DNA from: Cercozoa sp. M6MM
Taxonomy: Eukaryota; Protista; Endomyxa: Ascetosporea
Direction: 5' to 3' (one strand)
DNA length: 35,973 nt
Assembly (NCBI GenBank): GCA_040357565.1
Contig: JBDODJ010000117.1
Part shown: one piece after another, positions 12,109 through 21,879 of the stretch
Position numbering within the stretch: position 1 is the stretch's first letter
Layout of the letters: the number at the start of each line of letters is the position of its first letter
The notes under the pieces: model-generated
The model's database searches: none
Seen by the model: only the letters and a program-made list of their open reading frames with translations
Told to the model about the DNA's origin: nothing
Translations under genes and position numbers: made by a program

Positions 12109-15100
12109 CCAACAACAGCACCAACAACAACATCAACATCTGCAGCAGCAAGTACCACCGTCACAAGAACAGGTAGCCTGTCTACTGGATGTTTGTCCTC
12201 ATAAGGTTGTACGTGTGTGTGTGGACAGGCACTGCCGTCGACAGTGCTCATGATGACAGACGCGGCACTCATGCAGCAATTCCTCGACTTCCTGGTGGCG
12301 CAGATCGGCGCCGACAAGGCGATGCAGTGGTACCGCTCGGCGACGCCGCAGGAGCTGCAGCTGCAGGTCGGACAGTACGCACAGCAGCTGCTCAACGGTG
12401 CCGCGCCAAGTCTGCTCGCGCCGGTTCCGGTACCCTGAGCTTTCTACAACCACCTTCCGCCTTTTCTCTACACCGCATGTGCTCGTCCCAGGTGCAGTCA
12501 GGTTCACATGCACCAGTCCAGACAGCAGCGATGCCGGGTGTGCCGAGGTTAGGCCATGGTAGTTCTGTATTTATCGTATGTGTACATTATTCTGTTTTTT
12601 TAAGTTTATGTGCTTGCTTGTTTTTGTAGTTGTTTGTTTATTACCCGTGTGTCTATTGATCATTTGTTTCTGTGTTCGTTCGTTCTTTCTTGTGTATCTG
12701 TTTTCGTTTTTTGTGCTTACTTATTGTGTTTCGTATTCAATTCTGTTTTCAATTTATTCTGCATTCTTCATTAAATAGTTCATTTATTCATTTTAGTTGT
12801 TCATTTATTCTGTATTTAATTATCACGTGTTATTCACTTGAGACCTCACAGGCAAGGGCAAGGTGCCGCACGTGGAGTTTGGGCCGACGCACGGCCAGAC
12901 GCAGGCGCAGGCGCAGCATGTACAGGAGGCGTTCGCACAGGCGCAGGCGCAGGCACAGGCACAGGCCCGGACGATGCCGCACCAGGTGGAGCTGCCCATG
13001 GCGACTCCTCTGATCGACGACAACATTCCGATGGGCGCGTCGTCGCGTGCGATGTGCGATGACGACGACGAGGTCTACGAGGTGTGTGTGTGTGTGTGTG
13101 AGTGTGTGTGTGCCTATCTCTGGCCTTGCTACGATGACCCCTGTCCGCATGTGCAGGACGACATGCCGATGCACGTGACAGTAGACGAGATCTTCGACCT
13201 GGGCCCGCAGACACATGGACTGCACGAGACGCCCGACGTGCACCCGCACGTGCCGAGTGCGCACACGCACGTGCCCGACATGCACGTGCCGAGCAGTGTG
13301 CCCAGTGTGCATGGCGCACGTGCACCCACCGACGATGTGCCGCCGCACTTGAATCCGCGACGCGGACACCGGCGACACCGTCGTGGCACTCGCAACGACG
13401 AGGTATTCCTGCCTCCCCACACCCTTGACTCTTGCGCTTCACCCTGTTGTGACGACAGAACCATGCAGCCGACACGAAGCACCGGCGTGTGCCGTCGTCA
13501 GTGGCACAACGCCTGTTCTTCCAGCACCTGTACGGCAACGATGGTGAGCCTACCTACTGCATGTGTATGCGTGTGTATGTATATACATGTGTGTATGCAT
13601 GTGTGTATATGCATGCGTGTGTGTATATGCATGCGTGTGTGTATATGCATGCGTGTGTATGTGTGTGTGTGTGCGTGTGTGTGTGTTGTGGTGCAGAGCA
13701 TATGGCGGGAGTCAGCAATCCCGTGCCGATGCACGCAAGTGTCGACAGCTCCGGCGGCTTCCACAGTCGCCAGTCCAGTTTCGGCGGCAGCTTTGGCGGT
13801 GCCACTCTGTCCTAATATTCCTAAACCACTCTTTTGTTCTCTACCATACATACACTAATATATATATATATATATATATACATTATGCATATCTCGCAGG
13901 CTACGGCGGTTTCTCTGGCTTTGGCAGCTTTGGAATGGGCAGGTATGCGCTCTGTTGTCACACAGTACCCAAGCGAGTCTCAGAATACCTGTGTGTGTGT
14001 GTGTGTGTGTGCAGTATGAGCTTCGGGTTTGGAAGCTTTGGCCACGTCGGCAGCTTCGGCAGCGAGTCCACGCGGGATCACCCGCGAGATCATTCGATGC
14101 CCGTAACTTTTTTGTCCCTGCTTTTGCACATCAGCGCGCACCGTTTATTTGTGTTTGTCGCAACAGGTACCGGACCACTTTTACCCGATAGGACCTTGAA
14201 GAAGTTACTTGGGAGCCTCCGCCGCAAACGAGAGCAAAACTGTAACTCCTGAATGACTGAAGCGGCTCAACGGTGTGCGTTTATCGCTGTCAGTTTGATT
14301 ATTGTAACGTAAAATTCGCCAGGACGAAAACAAGCAGGAGCAATAATTCAGCAATAATTCCATTTTCAATAAGCAAGATTCTGGGTCGATTGATTCCGGA
14401 TTGTAGCCACGTATCCGGCGCTCTTTCAAGTTGCAGCGGCCTCGACCAGCAGCGTCCGCGAGCAGCGTACCGTAAACAATCTAACGCGAGCGTGTGTAAC
14501 ACGAAAGCCTCGGCTTGAGGGTGGGCATCCTGCTTTTTTGATCTGTTCGAGTGCTGTTTTGTGGGACACTGTGTGCCTGTGGGTGCCTGCGTTGAGTGCG
14601 CATGCCCGCGCGTTTCGGTGTTTGAGGCGAGGTGCGCCTGGTGCCTTTTTTTTGCTGCACAAGGATGTGGTGGGTTTTTTGGGACTGATGTTGCGATGGT
14701 CATTGACTGGCCATCACCGGCTGCGAGAGATCACTGGCGGTCATCATTGGCCATCATCAGCCATCTTTGTGCCAATGATCTGACTCGTTCGGCCGGTGTC
14801 ATGGGATCAGGTGTGCACCCAATGGTCAGGCGAGGGCACGGTGGGATCGGATCACTGATCGAATCACTGACCATGCCCCACCAGTGGCAACAGCAGTTGT
14901 TCCTGACTCCCGCTGGCTGCTCTCTGTTGTGCTGCCTGCTGGTGCTGCCTGGGGTACGTGCACATGTCTGTGACGACATGCCAGCAACCCGGGCCTGCAA
15001 GGGCACCTTTTTTGGCCCCACCTGGTCTGTTGCGCAAAGGCACGCGCGTAGTGCTGTGCGCAGCCTGTGTGTTTTTGTGTGTGCCTGCGTTGTTTCGACC

Positions 15101-16401
15101 TGTTTAAATGAGGCTGTATGTTATTACGCTTCTGTTATGTGCGTATGTGTAATAACAGACCCTCCAGACACGAATGCTCGCTTGTGAAACGCCGCAGGCG
15201 TCGGCGCAACTGTCGTAGCTTTGTCTACTAACCCCGTGACATCAGTATTCACTTGTGTCTCCATGTACAGGTCGCACATGAGTGCGGCACTGGCCGGCTT
15301 GTCGGCCTTGTCGTCGATGGACGCCACAGCACCGGCGACGCGTCGTCGTGCTCCCTCCCACCCGGGTACTCTTTCCTCCTACCGATGCACACGCGCGTAT
15401 GGTACGCTCCTTGTGCAGTGGCGAGACCCTTGCACCCAATGGACGTGCGAACGCCGCAGCGACCGGCCATGTCGGTACAGTTAGTACATACCCCCCCCCC
15501 CCATCTCATGTCGGTCTCTATCTATCACTGTACCTGCCTGCAGTCGCGAGTAGTGGCGGCGTCGGACCCGCGTCCGCGAACGCGCCGACGTGCGCCGTCG
15601 CACGGACCTGCGCGGGTGCCGCAGCACCTCCAGGTGCCTTGTGTTTCTTTATGTGGGATTACTAGGGTAGACGCGGGGTGTGTGTGCCACAGGGCCACCT
15701 GCCGGGCATGGACCTGCCGCCGACGCCGGCGCACGAGGCGATGGCGCCGCTGCACGAAGACGTGCCGCCCGTGGTGGCGCGCAGCATGACGGAGCACGGC
15801 GGCTCCTACATGCCGCAGTCGTGTCCACCGCAGGTGTGCTGTTTTAGCCCCCTCCCCCTCATCTACCTTGTGGTTGTGTTACTGCCCCCCCCCCCTTACA
15901 CCCAGGCAATCGACTCGATGTCGCAGTCGCTGCGCACGCAGAGTACGCTGGCCACAATGACTCGCGACATGGCCACGATGCAGCTCGACAACAGCAACAG
16001 CGGCGGCAGGGGGCGTGCGCAGTCTGTGACTGTAACCCTACTCAAGTCTGTATACATATACATGTCTATAATATCTATGTACTGGTATGTGTGTAGGCTC
16101 TGACGATGCTGTCGCAGTCACCGCACGCGCCGCCGCGTCAAGTGTACCCTTGGCATGTGTCTGTATATATGCATATCTATGTGTATGTGTGCGTGTGCAG
16201 TCGCAGTCGCATGGTGTCGCCCGAACTAGGCCGCCGCAACCTGCCGCCTGTGCCGCGCTTTGTGGACCCGGTACTGCTTTGTGTACAATCATCGTATATG
16301 TAGATATTATATATATATATATATATATATCCTGTGTGTAGTATGAGACGAACCACATCATCGAGGAGGACGACAATGCCTTGTTCCAAATGGACATGTA
16401 G
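11360..16401 (+). CDS. BRK-domain protein with long Q/P/H/M-rich disordered region; possibly two genes or isoforms split at ~14199/15174
   Basis: ATG 11360. Exon 11570-11701 encodes EERISIWHTVQKRKISGFAAPMRKNLAEYLRKHPLCEVY, matching the BRK pattern (R+.+....G++++G..AP....L..+L..+P.+EV). Downstream exons splice in phase through poly-Q, QAQAQA and GSFG repeats. Last exon is YETNHIIEEDDNALFQMDM-TAG (16399-16401). Linkage across 14103-15158 is inferred. Confidence 0.6.
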
Positions 16402-17261
16402 CCCCCCCCCCCCCTGGTGTCTCTGCGTGCACGCAAATCGGGCCAGCGTTCCCCTCATTCGTTGTACAATATTATCTCGCCGGGCTGACTGCGCACACTC
16501 ACGGCACTTCCTCCCTCCTCTCAAACATCACCACACTGAAAAACGCGCACGAACACAAACTAAAATCCGCAATCACATCACTGAACTGGCGCCCCCGATT
16601 TTTCGATCACCGCGTGCGCCTGTGCGTGTGCACTCTCTCACTTTTCTTCGTGAATTAACGTTCGATTCATAATCGAGTTTCTTGGTTTGTTCAACTGACG
16701 TCTGGTCAGAGGATACAGTTCGGTTAGATGTGGGTCGGCGCATCGTTGTCCGGGGAACGTTAAAACCGGGCGGTAGACACGACGCGACCATACTCTTGTG
16801 ACCCACCCCAGACTGGCTCAGGGGACTATTTACTTGGTTTCGTATGAGGACTGTATTATCGCTTACTGTGTTCTCGAGAAAACAGTCTGTTAATCACAAC
16901 TAGCGATCCGCTGGAGTAGCATAAAACTGCACAAAGTTCTCTGCACACGTATCAACACACGCATACCCTCGGTGTTGCCGCTGAATGAACACGTCGGTAT
17001 TCGCGCGTTTGAACCAAACCGGAGCGCCGGCTCAAAAAAAGTCTTTCCGCGCCGACACACGGTTTAGTTTTAACCACCCACAGGTACCCACAAATCGTGC
17101 GCTTAGCGCTGCCATGGCTCCTTGGCACAGCGCGACAAAATTTCGCGTTTTGTCGTAATTTTTTTGCTGTTTTGTCACCATGCGTGTGCTCATGTGTGTG
17201 CTGCGTGCGTGCGCGCGTGTGCGAAACGGGAAATTTACGTGTGACCCGCGTAGTCATAATC

Positions 17262-17728
17262 ATGTCGGCCGAGGAGCAGCAGGAGGTTGAGCAGTTCGAG
17301 ATCGAGGACTCGTCGTCGGACGAGGAGGTTGACCTTGATGAGGTCAAGGCCGCCGCCATCAAGGCCGCCAAGGAGCGTGAGGCTCGCAAGGTACTGAAAA
17401 TTTCTTTCGTCAGAGAAAGACTGATCTTATGCCGTATCGCGTGTTGCAACTACAGGAGGCCAAGGCCCGCTCGAACATCATCTTCGACATCAAGCCGGAG
17501 GGTCCGGATGTCGACGTCGAGGCGCTCGCCGAGGCTGTTAAGGGCATCGAGATGGACGGTCTCACGTGGGCTGCCTGCGAGATCAAGCCGTTCGTCTTCG
17601 GCATGAAGATGATGCAGATCTCGTGCTACATCTTCGACCAGAAGGTGTCGGTCGACGCGCTTGAGGAGGCCATCAACAACCTCGAGGGCTGCGGCTCGTC
17701 GGAGATCGCCGTCTTCAACAAGGTCTAA
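17262..17728 (+). CDS. EEF1B: Translation elongation factor 1-beta/delta (GEF domain plus acidic N-terminal segment), one intron (17391-17455)
   Basis: ARSNIIFDIKPEGPDVDVEALAEAVKGIEMDGLTWAACEIKPFVFGMKMMQISCYIFDQKVSVDALEEAI...SSEIAVFNKV matches the EF1B GEF consensus (KSSI+LDVKPW..ETD...+E..VR.I..DGL.WG..KL.P+..GIKKLQI...+EDDKVS.D....VQS.DIAAFNKI); strong GC3 bias. Confidence 0.93.
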
Positions 17729-17867
17729 GATGCCCGTCGTCGGTTCACAGACTACGTTGTTGATGCATCACTGTGTAGTATCCTATTGATAGCGCAGACA
17801 AAAGTTAGTTCAGGCTCGAAGTGCAAAAGGACTAAGAAACCAAGTCGGTTAAACCAAGTACAGAGGT

Positions 17868-18026
17868 CAGCAACAAGGGGTTACGTGTGAGTGTAAGAAC
17901 TGGGGCCTGGAGAGGTGCTTTTACCTGGTTAGCAGAGAGCCTTTTCAGGAAAGGAGCGATATGCTCTTTTGAGGCCAGTCTACCAAGCACAGGGCAAGGA
18001 GGTTAGCAACATTCTCGGAGGGTCAG
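17868..18026 (+). repeat. Dispersed ~150-160-bp repeat, copy 1 (homologous to the reverse complement of 25633-25780)
   Basis: Shared blocks cagcaacaaggg, gcctggagaggtgcttt, gagagccttttcaggaaaggagc, cagtctacc-agcacaggg, ggttagcaa, tctcgga, ggtcag in the same order. Confidence 0.9.
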
Positions 18027-18113
18027 GGTACCAAACAAAGATCCCGAAAGACTAACCGGATAGAGAATATCGTTTTTAACAAGACACCGTTCATATTGAT
18101 CCAAACTCTTCAG

Positions 18114-19112
18114 CTATGATCGGCGTTTGTGTTTGCGTTGTTGCCAGCGGTTCCAGTGCGTTGCGCAGTAGCACATGATGACGTCGGGTCCTGCACGTGT
18201 TTGTTTCCACTCGACATGGCAGTCGCGATCGAGGCCGCTACACAAAGACGTGGTGGGAATACAATGATTTGAGCTGATGTACCATGGCACGTGAAACACG
18301 ACGTCGCACTGCAACAGACAAAATACAACCAGCCGTTTGCGCACACATCAAGAAGATGCTACCTGGGGGTCACAGCACTCGATGCAAGCACCTTGCTGCT
18401 GCCGGCAAAAGTGGCACGTTAACTGGAATCGCGCTTCTGGTACTCGCGTGATGTCAACGACATCTGCTCCAACACAAGGCACTTACGAACAAGTACAGCA
18501 CCGAGAACCAAATACATACCGGTGGCATTGGGCAGGAGGTAGAACACTTCAGGCACCCAGAAACTGCACAGCAGGTGAGCCCACCGGCCGTCGGAGGTTC
18601 GTTTCATCACGCCGCGACGGCAGCGCGGTCCCAGGGCCGCCTGAGCGTTGTCTGCGCACAGATACTCAGTCAGGGTCAACACGTGCGGAGAAACGCAAGA
18701 TACCGTGTGAGTGCGGGCACAGCGAACACTTTGGAAGGTCGGCCTCGGGAAAGTCTCGTTTGTAGGCGCATCTGCAAGCAATCAACACTTCCACGCCTCG
18801 TAGGCAAAACAGAAAACACGACGTACTCGTCGCAGAACCAATCGCCATCGGGAATCTTGTGCGACAGTGGGAAGCCATAACAGCCCACGTGAACAGCAAC
18901 GTCACACCCGTCGCAGTAGACAATATCGCCACCGTCTTCTTCACCTGCAAAGGAAAAGGGAAATGGGTGTTTATTGGTGTTCGTTCTGAAAGAGTGATGA
19001 CCTTGGCATATGGCACACGTGTCGCTCAGATCCTCGTCAAGTGACTGCATGGCAACATGGCATCCACCACTGTACCCAAGACAAACGCCGTTTTAGAGGC
19101 CGGAGCCACCAT
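18114..19112 (-). CDS. Stand-alone PZP module protein (PHD finger, Zn knuckle, extended PHD; BRPF/JADE/AF10/PHF14-type)
   Basis: DTCAICQG|EEDGGDIVYCDGCDVAVHVGCYG...IPDGDWFCDE|C (PHD1); CSLCP...GVMKRTSDGRWAHLLCSFWVPEV (Zn knuckle); RFQLTCHFCRQQQGACIECCDPQ|CDVVFHVPC|G...CYCATH (ePHD); TAG at 18114-18116. Start is 19112 (with a short intron) or 19050. Confidence 0.85.
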
Positions 19113-19482
19113 ATTTTTTAATTAAAGGGGTCGAATTTGAAACAGCAAAGCTCCTGACTACTGAGCGGTCTTAGAACAAGGAAACCGCCGTGAGTTGGTT
19201 TTTATCTACGTCTAAACAGAGGTATAGCTCATGCTTGCAAAAACACGACACGTTCTTGTTGGTCGATCATTTTAATTTGGGCAAAAACACGCCGACCAGC
19301 AAGCGAAATTTTCTGAGCAACAACATTTATTGTCGGTTTAAACAATGAGTCCAGCAGCAGCTGATTGATTGTTGGTCACGGTGTTTCTCGTGCGCGTGTT
19401 GCACCCGTTTCTCTGACTCGGAAATCGAAGTGCTCCCCACTACTTTTGGTGACTGTAGGACTCCAGCGCCAGCATAAACACG
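19113..19482. promoter_or_regulatory. Probable bidirectional promoter between divergent PZP and OAT genes
   Basis: Head-to-head gene arrangement with a ~370-bp relatively AT-rich spacer; inferred from position only. Confidence 0.4.
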
Positions 19483-19596
19483 ATGATGCAGCATCTCCGA
19501 ACGATGGCGCGCCGTGCGCAGCTCGCTCAGGTGCGATTGGCCGGCACGTGTCCGATCGCGCTGAGCGAGAACACCAAGGCCTTCCTGCAGATCGAG

Positions 19597-19688
<92 letters not shown>

Positions 19689-21635
19689 CTCGCTATCTTT
19701 GCGTGTACCGTCTTGCTGATTTCTTTGGTACTGTTGTCGGACAACAGGAGGACTTTGGCAGCTTCAACTACCACCCGATGGAGGTGGTGCTGAAAGAGGC
19801 CAAGGGCGTGCACGTCTACGACGTCGATGGCAAGGTGCTTTACCTTATCATTTATGCTTCTTGCTGTACCTGTGTATTCTTCAGGAGTACATGGACTTCC
19901 TGTCGGCCTACTCGGCAGTGAATCAAGGCCACTCGCACCCCAAGATCGCCGCCGCTGCCATCGATCAGTTGCAGAAGCTCGCTCTGACATCGCGTGCTTT
20001 CCATAACGTACTCCCCCCCCCCTCCCGCCGCGCACAGCCTCAATTTACCGTCTTTTTGTTGACAGGACCAACTCGGTCCGTATTCGCAGAAGATGTGCGA
20101 GTTGCTTGGCTTTGAGCGGTAAGCGACACTGTGCGTGTGTATGCAAGCATGCAAGCTGTGTGTGTAGACTGCTGCCGATGAACACGGGTGCCGAGGCTGT
20201 CGAAACTGCGCTCAAGCTGACTCGTCGATGGGTATTTGTTTACCTCCCCTATCCCCTAGCCTTTACCCTTTTTCGTTTCCATTTACCCTTTGTCCTTTAC
20301 CCCTGCCATCTTAAACTTCCCCTCAGGGCACGGCCGTCAAGGGCATTCCGAATGACCAGGTCAAGGTCGTCGTCGTTGAGAATTGCTTCCACGGACGCAC
20401 CTTTGGTGCCATCTCGGCCTCGACGGATCCCACGGTACCCACCTTACCTCTCCGCCCCTTTCTACCGCACCCTACCCCGTGGACAGGCCTTCGAGCAGTT
20501 CGGCCCGCTGCTGCCGGGTTTCATCAAGATCCCGTACAACAACCTCGAGGTAATCCTGACTTGTCCCCCCCCCCTCCAGATCCGCCGTACCTTGTGTGTT
20601 GTAGGCCCTGGAGGCAGCCTTCCAGGACCCGACGGTTGCCGGTTTCTTGTTCGAGCCGATCCAGGGCGAGGCTGGCATCATCGTGCCTGATGTACAGATG
20701 CTATACCTCTATTCCCATGGTGCCACACATACTCTTGGGTATAGGATGAGTACGTGCCGGGCGTGCGTGCCCTGTGCGACAAATACAATGTGCTCATGGT
20801 GGCTGATGAGGTGCAGACTGGTCTGTGTCGCACGGGTACCCCCCCCCCCCGTTATCTTGATGTTACCTTTTTACCCCCTCCCCCCCGACAGGCAAGATGC
20901 TGGCGGTGCAGCACAGCAACGTCAAGCCGGACCTCATCATTCTCGGCAAAGCTCTCAGCGGCGGCTTCTACCCAGTCTCGGCCGTGCTGGGTTCCAACGA
21001 GGTCATTCGCACTATCCACCCGGGTGGTAGGCCTTCCTTTCCATACCCCCATCCCATACCCCCGTACACTCGACCCACTTATCCCCTACCTTGTAGAGCA
21101 TGGTAGCACCTTCGGCGGCAACCCTGTAATCAATCATTCTGACTGTTCTATACCCTACTTGTTTGCTAGTAACTGTATCTGCTATGTATAGCTGGCATGC
21201 CGTATTGCGTGTGCTGCCATGGACGTGCTTGTCGAAGAGAATCTCGCCGACAATGCTGGTAGCCTATGCCCTGTCCCCTTACGCACTATCACTCCCCTGC
21301 ATACAGAAAAGATGGGCGAGATCTTCCGCAGTGAACTGCGCGCGCTCGAGCACCCAATGATCGCCGAGGTGCGTGGCCGCGGCCTGCTCAACGCCGTCGT
21401 CGTGCAGCCTAAGGACGGCAGGGTACCCTGTGATATAAATGTGTGTATGTGTGTATGTGTGTTAAATGTATAAACTAAGGACGCTATGGACGTGTGCTAC
21501 GCCATGATGGAGCGCGGCCTGCTCGCCAAGCCGACGCACGGCGACACGATCCGCTTCGCATGCCCGCTCGTCATCACCGAGCCGCAGCTCCGCCAGGCCG
21601 TCGAAATCATCCGCGACGCGCTCGAGTCGCTCTAA
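19483..21635 (+). CDS. OAT: Ornithine aminotransferase (class III PLP enzyme), probably mitochondrial; 14 exons
   Basis: Spliced [88 protein letters not shown] (PLP Lys), [33 protein letters not shown]; Arg-rich N-terminal presequence; TAA 21633-21635. Confidence 0.97.
19598..19690. repeat. Intronic compound microsatellite (CT)n(CTAT)n
   Basis: Directly visible in OAT intron 1. Confidence 0.95.
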
Positions 21636-21879
21636 CTCCGACGAATCCGCATTGCCCTCAATCCCTGCCTACGATTACTTATCTATAATTTTCTCATGTC
21701 AGTGACTGCCAGTGGCAAAGTCGCGTCGTTTCTGTTCCGGCGTGCGAACTAAATTGAACGAGCATTTATACTGTCTCGGTAATAAGGACGGGCAGGGCGC
21801 ATACCAACGGCCGGCATAACCTGAATTCATCCATCGTTGACGTACAAAACTGTGAGTTGGCCGAAAAGGCACAAACCAA

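Noticed and set aside
14735-14765. Minus-strand CTGATGA (hammerhead core) and ATGATGA (box C)
   Set aside because: No stem-II/GAAA arrangement for a hammerhead and no suitably placed box D.
17912-17950. ttacctgg and gcctttt words resembling the U1 5' end and U5 loop 1 within the dispersed repeat
   Set aside because: Not preserved in copy 2, no Sm site or matching snRNA stems recognisable.
19597-21423. Nucleosome-length periodicity of intron positions in OAT
   Set aside because: Donor-to-donor spacing averages about 150 bp but ranges roughly 100-240 bp; too variable to claim from one gene.
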